The notes under the pieces are model-generated. The model did no database searches. It was not told where the DNA came from and saw nothing but the letters and a program-made list of their open reading frames with translations. A stretch of 64,000 bases of DNA from the NCBI GenBank assembly GCA_044892525.1, contig CM097886.1, positions 182,764,312 through 182,828,311 of the forward strand. The letters are read 5' to 3'. Shown piece after piece: positions 36,501 through 44,591 of the stretch (positions are counted from its first letter, which is position 1; the number at the start of each line of letters is the position of its first letter). The DNA comes from Schmidtea polychroa (Eukaryota). Both the position numbers and the translations under genes were made by a program.

Positions 36501-37027
36501 TAACAGATCAAGGCACAAATTTCATGAGTGAGATCATGAGCGAGGTGACCAACTACTTCAAAATCGCAAAGTTGAGAACATCACCGTATCACCCTCAAAC
36601 AAACGGGATGACGGAAAGATTTAACGGAACACTTATACAAATGCTATCAAATTACGTCGACCGTCACCAACGAGATTGGGACGAATACATAAATTTATGT
36701 CTTATGGCTTATAGAATGTCAATTCATGCATCAACAAAAATGAGCCCATTCAAATTAATGTACGGAAGAGAATGTAACATGCCAATGGACCTGGAATACC
36801 AACCACCGATATCGCAATATATGGAGATAGACGATTATGTCACAAAATTCAAAGAAAGAATGCAAGAAATTTGGGAAACTGCGGGATTAAATATCAAGTT
36901 CTACCAGGAAAGTTATAAAGACTTACACGATCGAAAGAAAAACGTGAAGCAACATACCTTTCAAACAGGTGATTGGGTAATGATAGAAACACCAGAATTG
37001 ATTCCAGGAACCACGAAAAAATTATAG
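27581..37027 (+). CDS. pol: Polyprotein: Ubl x3, Bcl-2-like region, Env-like glycoprotein, protease, RT, RNase H, integrase
   Basis: PR IDTGANVS (~33806); RT YRKLNAVT, LDLKSGYWQ, MPFGL, YIDD (~35024); RH TDAS...TDHQPL; IN HHCC plus D(SMDVVG)-D(LTDQG)-E(MTERFN). Confidence 0.95.
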   Translation: MNVMQEISQMKQMMHQLMRPRSEPAPQQTQNIRMMRSTENINDYERQQHAQDWQRLQAEEERIKQERNQQRQEQPFRINMLKLVKDMKDQYCYNYGKNPIGVPITEPEKVKETTTEIRPENSTTVLKGNQRIQKIFWKKIKDKIEKEHDKEKTEVKDENNKNKEQTSQISHEMLQELESEETTIFENKQLKRVPRMRNLRINMMKRTKDTSSSDEDYVSSLGGEILQLNEASEPPKGRIQEEESESDVTSESEDEDIEIKLRKEREEAIKGVAEILPVVVRNQEFIDIIPFRRFIQKVMKLERNEKDLIPSEEKSIIKKYMEKMKQADTTRYVIKIGTSKGLERIWIKNTVTDELFDWIREHLGSSRKKEYLYQHQGEQIKPDMHLVDALIWPGETQILKLHKEKQTANTYEWAKDAKAEYDFNIKLKLEQIKQCTLRRNLDKLIKQIQEQVEDNWDLLIARRAPEMHELMSRLRDTELLRMSDWRTINLIHKYGRLKETQPQKLEITIWLPNEEKRRMKMSNQSTVDNLVSKINQEITERVQRESDDGMIDDVVMMYDKIILRAEDDTSLSEMGMWDDHQIIRIVPMDEFRTRDITYQKEIRDRMKTLYQKSVEITEIHQQWLKEKELQGKITKLSTRSCRRTPWERVWNAEKKEWEIRRGIFLETDIEETDEEPGEEEDEPPEYEEEAIEQTSDDGSETDVTSGSENEARHIHAMRKKEREYADIDGDEAREAREREEKERYKQLGDILEMGAKNQKRQVIALANFILKISDNIQYLREIVKTIEEYRQYNEWYPEQLEQIIGKWRNHEWSQDTQERYRIRIKYPDKNVEEVEVHPTTKIRELKKKLAYETPFHLQLQGKSLDDNADVGITPMRLGETNVLTMAETLGKPIKRKSNSSKPTKGSLSTPSPNKAPSKSNETEEVEEIILEDSDDEPGERTPLLVRWPTGAEIWTTSRPSTSYQQPEKLNIEGIIDNTTERETDEQFRKQREPTRITPEGQTDKIIDEWNEWLRNNDSSLPRTDNERNPNHENTREAGTTMEKRTKGRPKKQGEKPEFKTKEQIKQEQGQVRLEKLDKIVWDLKEAQPTIERGEKWIRELIKDMLIITNPQLRRLWQRKVASMEARQLWHIVSGIIPKLIKEKTKTTKTDWDETRRVIEQLTTNANDDEHHLVVITYLMYNLMGLAARKIPNKQFANHVEMTVAIIENTIEPHIIRAGGWKRLIQAPRKNEQERSMQVRLKKLLNELEWELPMKDPASRKASINSLMMTMMIWMLCTSGATGFTIYDCDNSVMRDRYSLRDIEECRQASPNKLDVVNKKVSYHVYQESDFIRTLARECVVSKHALAYYCGQYSYSTLILPGLDKEIVPIQREDCKELFRTGAMRIRDGVTIHGQSGMIKTESIYVAGRVKSTDGTCNGGTYTIRGEAISGVVVIESYTVELKEYEAQFDANNYQMKTNPACRAMENVCKTGVSTIIYEANTQKCRLQLLKSALFNEVKGEIYENEDDEDGDGKVRMRNGKPVPPSPKEKRLTTQKTPTALITDDPDLGMRFIRGKETTKCDSIVYKTNYAGIYMSRQIIDRAVGKIATEDVKLYLYANNKMDFLFHRGQTTLQKVYYDLIQNDCSLNKEILKTKLAIAITHPDNTMPSLPLPDGHFGRMVGEVMYTYACTKTFARMPEKPTIPPGKCANELEIRYKGQNRFVQPVTRIMNPLGFYPNLFNCSNAYGPLYERPDGKWIMLPVRATVEEPKKFGLIELATEQDFKPIDVSNGGMYSAADLETARLNILFPARRESILSNMVTITGGTNYQSGPNYELLLSPEHFQHATSNMMKAMWGRFLVFGQMMAGILGIILIIQIVRVILTQMLACFDIYKREKKVNWKMIVGFLPFLAKTMVLHGHSKDIHRIKRLIKILTKIKGTDEEIGRRFRKTMYDEATRRQLKKNKPKFLDRFRSQSSNSDSDDDDEGNHKYPYPSGHPKEKQIETAPYWEKDKTNTWIANGSYIPPDIVGQQAALTMTQNMYPQLPNQSGMNYMPTRRTRSVDQADDVRTIAAMSLPGGPAVTVMIQINGKETNAMIDTGANVSAIAINQIPSRYWKDIESTTIHIIACSKETVDVVGRWWTTLKYQDNEIETYLAVIPKLSVPCIIGTDLMPELLKEVVIDLTTMCLKDKTGRICTMNAIIRCPEKIIVPAKSQMICQIKVDTGMEGEVIFEPSKSFEKRRELPLAREIITINQEGMILINITNFEEEDKIIYENEKLGKLTPMMDIELPKVTNDTTKNDELWTIDSTLLTAAEKRKLHRLLVEYKDIFAISDLDLGTCDVTLHAIPLIDETPIALRPYKLAEMQKEIAEAEVQKMLDAKVIEPSCSPWQFPVVMVKKKDGTQRFCIDYRKLNAVTKRDTYPLPDINEMLLMLQGAAYFTSLDLKSGYWQIKVKDEDKEKTAFTLGRDLYQFRKMPFGLTNAPASFQRCMNFVTHGIKQCMVYIDDLLIYSATFEQHLEDIRNVFIRLRQWKLKLKPSKCDWAKEKVTFLGHIVSAKGKEPDPRNIEKIKTCPAPKTVTQVQEFLGLCGYYRKFIKNYAGIAKPIQELVKKDISFSWGKEQQEAFETLRDKLIEAPILVHPDFKKPFLLATDASGYAAGAILGQLDDEGKERVIGYYSRTFKKHEKNYSVTEREALAIIQAIKHFRYLLWGHEICITTDHQPLVWLGQHKEASSRLMRWAMQLQEYSPFIKFKAGRANANADCMSRFIFPDLVDSEMQRICLIVAEDLDFCQLRKDQQEDAELKQIIDYVKTGKTEVYAKDQKLKEHMDKHRHRYIIDKDWLLIMDGEKRLMCIPENRRKELLTQYHDGRLGGHMSSKKTLARMKQKYFWPALTEDVTEWVKNCLTCATRKNAGSKWKAPLTPMPVPIEPMTMISMDVVGPLPESDKGNVYILVITDYLTKFPEAFAMPDQKAKTIAKILVEEICCRYGTPKQILTDQGTNFMSEIMSEVTNYFKIAKLRTSPYHPQTNGMTERFNGTLIQMLSNYVDRHQRDWDEYINLCLMAYRMSIHASTKMSPFKLMYGRECNMPMDLEYQPPISQYMEIDDYVTKFKERMQEIWETAGLNIKFYQESYKDLHDRKKNVKQHTFQTGDWVMIETPELIPGTTKKL
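31367..33270 (+). CDS. Envelope-like glycoprotein domain inside the polyprotein (chuvirus-G / class III-like)
   Basis: Internal signal segment SLMMTMMIWMLCTSGATG, then FTIYDCDN...YSLRDIEEC; Cys-rich ~550-aa ectodomain; C-terminal WGRFLVFGQMMAGILGIILII TM segment. Confidence 0.75.
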
Positions 37028-37429
37028 CGGAACGGAAAAGGGCCATACGAGATCTTATTCGTAGGAGAAACTAACGTAAGAGTGAAATTAGTAAATAATC
37101 CGTTCACCAGGCCAATATACGTAAATGTGGCACGATGTAAACCGATCCCAAAAACAGCCACCAGTCAACCAGAAGGTCGTACGTTAACCACACGTTCTCA
37201 AACTTACAGAATGAACATGATGCAACAGCTCGCAGAACCAACGAATGGGCGATTGGGTATCCAACCATCAGAAGCTGAAAAGATTGTAAAAGAGGTAAAA
37301 ATTAAAATACCCGGATGGGCAAAAGATAGACTGGATTTCGAAATATTGGGAGGTCTATTGACTCTGATCGAGAACTACGCAAACCGAGAGAGGACACATC
37401 CATTGCTACGAGTAGTTAAAAGTCAATGA
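37028..37429 (+). pseudogene. Integrase C-terminal GPY/F region, in frame after TAG 37025-37027
   Basis: KL*RNGKGPYEILFVGETNVRVKL...VNVARCKP; same frame as the polyprotein. Confidence 0.85.
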
Positions 37430-40429
37430 CCCATATTATTTACCATAACAGATCATTATGGAGACACACCATTACATAAACTCATGAAAGTGGGTAACAA
37501 CGAACAAATACTAGAGACAATAGAAGCATTTCACGACTGCAAGAGATCAACAGAACAAGAAAACAACCAGGGTTACACACCATTAATGATAGCAGCAAAC
37601 AGAAGCAAAACAAAAGACATTATAATCGCATTACTTGACACCGGATCAAAGATAACCACACAAGATCACAATCAGAAGAACGCGCTGCACCACGCAATTG
37701 AAGGGAGGAGTTCCGAAGCATTCACGACGTTGATGGAACTACTAGCATATGAAGATAATCGAGAAGTCGGAAACATGTATGACGGTCTATTAACAGCAAT
37801 CAAAGAGAAATTGACAACAATTACCGGAATATTGATTACATGGAGAAATCCAATCAAAAATGATTACATGATCGACGTAAACGAAGCATTCACAAGAGGG
37901 GAAAACACGCTTATGAGAGAAGCCATGAAAGGACATCATTTATTCGAAATCCCAAATCAATTAATGGAGCGAGGAATAAAATTCACAAACCATAAAGACG
38001 AACAGCTATTAAAAAAGCGAACTGATACATTCGAAAAATCCATATTCCAATTCGTTAACCAAACACGAAATAAATATTGGGAAACGGTAAGTGTACTATA
38101 TATGATGGACACAATGAACAACATTCGCGAGAATTACTTAGATATTATTCAAACACTTACAGCGGAAGAACGAATCAATAATTCAACCAGTAAGAAAACA
38201 AAAATAAAGAAAGGAACATCAAAAGAACCAAAGTCGCAAACGAATCAAATTGCAGCAAATAATGTCAGCAAAACGAAACCAAGAAATTTAGATCAAGAAA
38301 CAATAATACGCAAAGCGAAAGAAGTATTCTTTGAGGAAATGCTAGAGTTATCAGACGAAATGATATTGGCTAAAATAATAAAGACCGTACACACATACGC
38401 AAGGAATCAAACAACAGAGTTGGATATCGGAAAAATCAAAACCTTCATGCCACGAGCATTTACCATGTTAACCAAGGATCAAAGAACGCCGTTACAACAG
38501 GCAATACTAGCAGCAAAGGAAAACCGAGCAATAACGATAATAAGAATCCTCAGAGATTTGGGCAAGGAAACCAACACGAAAAACGAACAAGGCGAAACCG
38601 CCATGATGTATGCAGCTATAACAAAAATACACCCAAAAACACTCCATATACTACATCAATCAGGATCAAGACTGGATGAAAAATCAACCGAAGGGAACTC
38701 CACAATGGACTGGGCAACCATACAGCCGAACCTAGAAATGATCAGGTTCATATGCAAAAACGCGACAAAGGAAGAAGTTGAAAATATTTGCAAAAACACA
38801 TCTCATTTTCAGTGGAATACGGTACGGGAAAATCTAGAAGCCATGAAATTATTATTAACATGGAGAGTACCACAGAGTAATAAATATGCGATAAACGTAA
38901 ACGAATTTTATGAGAACGGCGAAAACGCAATGGTCAAAAACACATTAACAAAAGGGGGGACACCTAAAATCATACTAATTGTATTGAATAGAGAAGATCT
39001 GAGATTCACGAAAAACCCAAACGAACATCAACGAATTGGAAAACACCGCCGTATACAACTGAGAGAACTAGTGAAGGAATGGAATCGGAAAAGACACGCA
39101 GCAACCGGGAGAAAAGAGTTCGAATTCGAGGCTAAACTAGCAAGAAACAGAGTACTAACAGCATACCGAAGATTATTAAACGATATAAATGTCGAGGACG
39201 ACATTTTAAACGACAGCGGGGGAGATAAATTCGATGATAATGACGGAAAGGGTCGAAAAGAGGATAAAGAGAAAAGAAAACCGGAAGAGGATAACCCGGA
39301 AAACAAAGACCCAGGTACGGGAAAGGACGGAAACAACCCGGGAAACAAGACGAAAGAGGAGGAAAAACCGAATAATGGAAAACAGAGGGTATGCCTACCT
39401 TTCACCAACAAAGAAATAGAAACAAATATGATACTAATGATAATTGTCCTAACCATGATAGAATTAGTAACAGCCCATGGAGAGACGAGAACGTTAAAAG
39501 AGACCAAAGAAGCAGAGAACCACGACAACAAAAAGGAGGAGCTGAAGCCAGAAAAGAAAAAACAAGTACAAGAGCAACAATGGGATCTGAAGGAGGAGTG
39601 GGATCTAAAGGAAAGATGTATACTGGGAAGATGCATGTCTAGAGCATATCGGAGATTAGTGTTAATGAACGAGGACACAGAACCGATAACGGAAGTGGGA
39701 ATACAAGAAGCATACCAACACCGGAACGGGAAGAGAATAACGAAAGTTAAATGGAAAGAGGTGCACCTAGGTAAAGGAGGTGAAGTAGTGATAACACAAC
39801 TCCAATCAAGGAAAGAACACAAAGTATGTATTTCAAGGCTAGGACCAGGCGAAGACTGTTTACAATATGTAACACAGCAGCAACCGCCAAAGGAATACAC
39901 GGTTTGTATCGTGAGAAAAAGACCAGAAAAGGAATGCCGACGATATCCTGGGAAAAGGGGGAAGAAAAGAAAGATCAATGACGGAGAAGACGAGGAAGGA
40001 AAACGCCAGAAGGTCGATGAGAAAAACCAAGATAATTACGTATCAGAAGAAGAAATGGAAAAAATACAAAAAATGGCAAAAGAAGGGATCAATGAGGAAA
40101 TAACAAGAATACGAGGGTTGGAGAAAGGTAAAAGTCAAACAGAGAAAGAGGGAAATGCAGAAACAGCGAGTACAGTGATAAACAATGGAAACTCAGAGAT
40201 CATCAGCGTAAAACAGATGATATGGATCAGCGGAATAATAATAACCGGAGCGTTCATAACTATTACGGGGGGGACGATAAAAATAATCCGAGATAAACAA
40301 CAGCGTAATAAACTCGAAATGATCAGAGCCAGAAACTTTCAACATCAAGTAAAAAGGCCCAGTAAAATGAGTCAGGAACAGTGGATGGAGGCCTGGAAGA
40401 CGCAGTGCCCTCCAAATCCACAAATATAG
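37430..40429 (+). CDS. Ankyrin-repeat protein with C-terminal membrane module, in frame after TGA 37427-37429
   Basis: GDTPLHKL lies upstream of the called ATG; GYTPLMIAA, KNALHHAI, RTPLQQAI, GETAMMYAA; hydrophobic MILMIIVLTMIELVTA and MIWISGIIITGAFITITGG. Confidence 0.85.
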   Translation, partial: PILFTITDHYGDTPLHKLMKVGNNEQILETIEAFHDCKRSTEQENNQGYTPLMIAANRSKTKDIIIALLDTGSKITTQDHNQKNALHHAIEGRSSEAFTTLMELLAYEDNREVGNMYDGLLTAIKEKLTTITGILITWRNPIKNDYMIDVNEAFTRGENTLMREAMKGHHLFEIPNQLMERGIKFTNHKDEQLLKKRTDTFEKSIFQFVNQTRNKYWETVSVLYMMDTMNNIRENYLDIIQTLTAEERINNSTSKKTKIKKGTSKEPKSQTNQIAANNVSKTKPRNLDQETIIRKAKEVFFEEMLELSDEMILAKIIKTVHTYARNQTTELDIGKIKTFMPRAFTMLTKDQRTPLQQAILAAKENRAITIIRILRDLGKETNTKNEQGETAMMYAAITKIHPKTLHILHQSGSRLDEKSTEGNSTMDWATIQPNLEMIRFICKNATKEEVENICKNTSHFQWNTVRENLEAMKLLLTWRVPQSNKYAINVNEFYENGENAMVKNTLTKGGTPKIILIVLNREDLRFTKNPNEHQRIGKHRRIQLRELVKEWNRKRHAATGRKEFEFEAKLARNRVLTAYRRLLNDINVEDDILNDSGGDKFDDNDGKGRKEDKEKRKPEEDNPENKDPGTGKDGNNPGNKTKEEEKPNNGKQRVCLPFTNKEIETNMILMIIVLTMIELVTAHGETRTLKETKEAENHDNKKEELKPEKKKQVQEQQWDLKEEWDLKERCILGRCMSRAYRRLVLMNEDTEPITEVGIQEAYQHRNGKRITKVKWKEVHLGKGGEVVITQLQSRKEHKVCISRLGPGEDCLQYVTQQQPPKEYTVCIVRKRPEKECRRYPGKRGKKRKINDGEDEEGKRQKVDEKNQDNYVSEEEMEKIQKMAKEGINEEITRIRGLEKGKSQTEKEGNAETASTVINNGNSEIISVKQMIWISGIIITGAFITITGGTIKIIRDKQQRNKLEMIRARNFQHQVKRPSKMSQEQWMEAWKTQCPPNPQI

Positions 40430-40569
40430 AAAGGGTTATGACTGTATATAGTTGTAAAAAGTAAGTATATCTTATGTATATAACAGTATCATATTTTTAT
40501 ATAAGCGCGGTATTAATAGTATATAACGACCGGGAGAAATAAACAATATAAAATTAAATAAGATAAAGA

Positions 40570-40953
40570 TTGAGGATGTATGTAAAATTAAGAATGGAGC
40601 GAGGAAATAACGAAATAAATCGCAATACAACAACCGAAGATATGTGGAAGCAACAATGTGCTGGACTAGCACAAATAGTGTCAAATTTGCAGGAACAAGG
40701 ACTTACGATGCAAAGAAACCTGGTTGATAGCCTAAACAAGGGATTTAGCTATTTAAAAATAATCGAGGAGCAGAGAGCAGTAATAGAACAGATGCAAAGA
40801 GAGATAGAGCGGATAACAAGATACAGCCAGAGACAGGAAGAAGAATTAGTGAGGATGGCGGAAGAAGCAGAATACGAGGAAATGGAAGATTGGTCAGAAT
40901 GGTTAATGAGTAGAGAAGAGGGCGGACAGGAGGCCGACTCTTCTGAACCATAA
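40570..40953 (+). CDS. Small coiled-coil accessory protein
   Basis: 127-aa ORF with the same A-rich composition as the element, heptad-like E/Q/R-rich sequence, flanked by AT-rich spacers. Confidence 0.6.
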   Translation: MRMYVKLRMERGNNEINRNTTTEDMWKQQCAGLAQIVSNLQEQGLTMQRNLVDSLNKGFSYLKIIEEQRAVIEQMQREIERITRYSQRQEEELVRMAEEAEYEEMEDWSEWLMSREEGGQEADSSEP

Positions 40954-41019
40954 TCAAGGCCTAAAATTAAATGTAAATAACTGTAAATAAATATCGAACC
41001 TGTATCGATAAGAAATTAT

Positions 41020-42426
41020 ATGTGTATAATTGTAGACATGGATAAACAAAAGAGAGAAGAGTTCAACGAAATCATCGAGTTAGTCAGAGATTCCGCAGCA
41101 ATCAGAATACACAAACATGTCATGTGTGGAATATGTGAAAAATTATTAAAAGAACCCCATCAAACCCAATGCGGATGCAGAGTGTGCAAAGAATGTATAA
41201 AAGAAACAATAAAAAACCGACCACAGTGGTGCCCGATATGTAAAGAGACACTGATATCAAGTTTAGAAGATACTAATGAAGACAAAGCCGCGGTAAAGGA
41301 CATGTTGAACACTAATCTGGGATGTAAAAATACCCCATGTGAATGGAAAGGATCAATATGGAAAGTGAAACAACATCTGGTGGAATGTATGTACAAAGTC
41401 AGCCAGTGTGAACGATGCCAGAAATTAATTCAAGCTAACGAAGAAAAGGAACATCAAAGTCAGTGTGAAGAAAGGTTGGAAAGATGCGAATATTGCGGAG
41501 AAGTAGACACATGGAAAAATCTCACCATCAAACATCACAATGTCCAAGAGGAAAAGGTATGTGCAGAATTCTGTGGTGAATGCCCGAACGGATGCAACAA
41601 AGGGGGAGTAATAAAATTAGCCCAGCATCTAAAAGAATGCGAAAGGAAAAGAATGATATGCGTACTAGGCAAATGGGGGTGTCAGAAATTACTACACCGA
41701 GGAGACTTGCCACACCACTTAACCGAAAATGTAATAACTCACGCAGAGATGTGGTCAACTGCGCTACAAGACAGTGAAGAGAAAGTGCGACAAATGGAGA
41801 TAGAAATAACCTCACTGAAAGCATTAGTAAAAGAACTACTAGAAGAACGAGAGGCTTTTGAACAAGCTCGAGCAAACATAAAAATGCAAATTAATCGAAT
41901 GGAAATCAGTAACGATCAGGCCAAAGTACTGCATCAGAAAATAAATGAAATCAATCTAAATGAGGTAATACCAACTGCACCGTATATATGGAAAATAACG
42001 GGAGTAAAAGAAAGAGTACGAAAAGCAAAAACCGGAGAAGATACAAGACTAACAAGCCCCGCATTCCATTCCTGGAAAAACGGATACAAAATGAAAATGA
42101 AGGTATATCCCAACGGGGACGGGACCGGATTAGATACGCATTTTTCGATCTTCTTTATGCTCTGCAAAGGGGAGTATGATGAAATATTAGAATGGCCATT
42201 CCAGGCAAAAATCGATATTACACTAATGAACAACCAAAGTATACACGAGCAAAGCTTCAAAACAACGGGGAATCAGATAGCTTACCAGAGGCCCCTCAAC
42301 GAAGAAGGAGCAGCAACAGGAGCACCGACGTTCATTTTACAACAAAGGGTAGAAGATATGGCGAGAAATGATACCGTATATATCAAGATGACGGTTCGGA
42401 GGGAAGGAAAGAGTAGAACCGAGTAA
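41020..42426 (+). CDS. TRAF: Full-length TRAF-like protein (RING, TRAF zinc fingers, coiled coil, MATH/TRAF-C)
   Basis: CGICEKLLKEPHQTQCGCRVCKEC...CPIC; C-X-N..CEW, HL.EC fingers; YIWKI...SPAF...GYKM...YPNGDG...THFSIFF..KGEYD.IL.WPF. Confidence 0.93.
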   Translation: MCIIVDMDKQKREEFNEIIELVRDSAAIRIHKHVMCGICEKLLKEPHQTQCGCRVCKECIKETIKNRPQWCPICKETLISSLEDTNEDKAAVKDMLNTNLGCKNTPCEWKGSIWKVKQHLVECMYKVSQCERCQKLIQANEEKEHQSQCEERLERCEYCGEVDTWKNLTIKHHNVQEEKVCAEFCGECPNGCNKGGVIKLAQHLKECERKRMICVLGKWGCQKLLHRGDLPHHLTENVITHAEMWSTALQDSEEKVRQMEIEITSLKALVKELLEEREAFEQARANIKMQINRMEISNDQAKVLHQKINEINLNEVIPTAPYIWKITGVKERVRKAKTGEDTRLTSPAFHSWKNGYKMKMKVYPNGDGTGLDTHFSIFFMLCKGEYDEILEWPFQAKIDITLMNNQSIHEQSFKTTGNQIAYQRPLNEEGAATGAPTFILQQRVEDMARNDTVYIKMTVRREGKSRTE

Positions 42427-42619
42427 CCAGGGTGAATAATGTTGTATATAATAAATTTGTATATATCGGTGTATATAACCTATAAAATAGTATATAATAA
42501 TAGTATGGGATCCACAAATACAACAACCCAAAACTGAAGCGAAAAATCCAGGAAAAACATCAACCGAATAATAAAATCCAATAATGCGATGATATTTAAT
42601 CAGAATCTATAATTTAGAA

Positions 42620-43675
42620 ATGACACAAGAGAAAACAACTGAAACTACGATGACCCCAAATAATACCAACAAGACACAAATCCCCAGAGAATATAGTGAG
42701 AAATGGAACAAGGTGATGTTCCAATTAGCTAACCTCACCCGAAATCACATTGAGGAAGCCAGGGAGTACGAAACCCACAAATACCAATGGCTGGTAGACA
42801 ATTTAAGAACGGAAGCGGAAACATGTAAAAGGGCCGCAAAATGGGCTTCGTTAGAAAATACTCGACAAGAATCGCACAGTCACTATCTAAAACAACTACT
42901 ACAAGAATCGCGGAAAAGACTGACTGATGAGAATAAAAAACGAGAGACCGAAAAACAGAAAGAGGAGAAAAAGATGCGACATTTATTGGCAGAAGCACGA
43001 AAATGGAAACGACAGAACAGAGAAATGAGAAAGGAAATGAAGGAATTGCCTATGAGATTAGAGTACGAGAGCGAGCAGGGCAAATGGGAAGAGAACTTAG
43101 TTATAAAAGAGGAACTAAAACGGCTAAGAAAGATCGCGGCTCGGAGCCAAACCTGGCAGACTAAGGCCATGGAGTTTGAAAGACATTTAGCCATGAAACT
43201 CTCCATAAGGGAGCACGAGAATGCAGCGATGGAAGAATTGATACTCCAGCAGTCGGGGCGAGTCGGGGAATTAATAAATCAAGTTACCGAGCTAAAACGA
43301 GATGTCAATGGATATCAGGGAGCCCTAGAACAAAGAAACATAGTATTGGTAGGAAAAAATAAAAAGCTAGAAAACGAAAGAAAAATGTATAACGAAAATC
43401 TCAAAAATTTGGAGATAGAAATCGAGAAATGGAAGGGCGACGAAAAAATAAAAGAGTTGGATAGGCAACTAAAGGTAAAAGACGAAGAGATGAGATACCT
43501 CACCTACCTACTCGACGAGGAACTGAATATCACAAGAGCCTTACGAGATGAAGTACAGGAACTGAGGGCTCAAATTCCCCAATATTACATACCATATGAC
43601 CCTATTGCCGTTCAACTACAGGCAGCGGTCGAAAGCGATGAAGGATACGGGGGTCAGGAGGAAACCTTCGTATAG
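42620..43675 (+). CDS. Coiled-coil (SMC/myosin-tail-like) accessory protein
   Basis: Intact 351-aa ORF, E/K/R/L heptads; AATAAA at ~43681. Confidence 0.75.
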   Translation: MTQEKTTETTMTPNNTNKTQIPREYSEKWNKVMFQLANLTRNHIEEAREYETHKYQWLVDNLRTEAETCKRAAKWASLENTRQESHSHYLKQLLQESRKRLTDENKKRETEKQKEEKKMRHLLAEARKWKRQNREMRKEMKELPMRLEYESEQGKWEENLVIKEELKRLRKIAARSQTWQTKAMEFERHLAMKLSIREHENAAMEELILQQSGRVGELINQVTELKRDVNGYQGALEQRNIVLVGKNKKLENERKMYNENLKNLEIEIEKWKGDEKIKELDRQLKVKDEEMRYLTYLLDEELNITRALRDEVQELRAQIPQYYIPYDPIAVQLQAAVESDEGYGGQEETFV

Positions 43676-43847
43676 GGGCTAATAAAAACTTCAAAAAATT
43701 CAGAAATTGGGACCTATATCCCAAACAAAAAAATTAATAGTATGGTAAAAGTATTTAAGGGACTGTAACCCTGTGTAAATAAAAACGATATAAATGTATA
43801 AGTATAAGTCGCACTGTAGCGCATGATTAATTGTAAATATTATAGAT

Positions 43848-44552
43848 ATGAAAATTGAAGAGATAGTTGAACCCATGAGTGAAGTAGAAGAAGGAGAGAT
43901 TATAATGGAAGTCGCAGAAACACAAATACTAACGAAAAAATTACGAGAAGAGAAACGGGAAAACGAGAGATTAGTAAACAAATATATGGAAGACCGGAAA
44001 ATAATTAAAGTATTAAAGAAAGAATGCAAAATGCTAGGAGAAGTAAAGAGAGAAGCAGCAGAGAGAAATGAATGGCTGCAGGAACAACAAACACGAGGAA
44101 GAAATTGGGAAAGGATTGCAGAGGAATTATGGCAAGAGAGGGCAAGCTTCAAAGCAGAAGAAGTAATCCAAGACTACTGGAAAACAGAGGCGAGAGAACG
44201 CCAAACAACCATAAATAGATTAAATCGACAATTGGAGGAAAACCAACGAGAAAGCGGAGAAATGAAGAAATGGATTCGCAAATACAAAGAAATCGAGAGA
44301 CAACAACAACAACGAAACCCTCCACAAGAAAACGAACAAGATTTCCTACAAATCGAGTTAAAAAGAAATCTCGACAAGAAACGAGAAGAAATAAGCAAAC
44401 TAAAAAGGGAGATAAGACACCTAAAACGGGAAGCCCGTGAAAAAGATCGGCAATTAGAGATGATGCCGGAATTAAGACACCGGGTCATTAAAGCGGAGTC
44501 TACCCTGATGAGAAATGCCGAAAATAATCCCAAAGGAGAACCGTCTAACTAA
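43848..44552 (+). CDS. Coiled-coil accessory protein
   Basis: Intact 234-aa ORF, E/K/R-rich. Confidence 0.7.
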   Translation: MKIEEIVEPMSEVEEGEIIMEVAETQILTKKLREEKRENERLVNKYMEDRKIIKVLKKECKMLGEVKREAAERNEWLQEQQTRGRNWERIAEELWQERASFKAEEVIQDYWKTEARERQTTINRLNRQLEENQRESGEMKKWIRKYKEIERQQQQRNPPQENEQDFLQIELKRNLDKKREEISKLKREIRHLKREAREKDRQLEMMPELRHRVIKAESTLMRNAENNPKGEPSN

Positions 44553-44591
44553 AAGCAATTAAAGCCAGTGTAAATAATATAATAATAATAG

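Noticed and set aside
2254-37429. Alternative genetic code (TGA=Trp/Sec) to explain in-frame stops
   Set aside because: Stops are of all three kinds, long ORFs use TGG normally and end in TGA/TAA/TAG; mutation or local readthrough is simpler.
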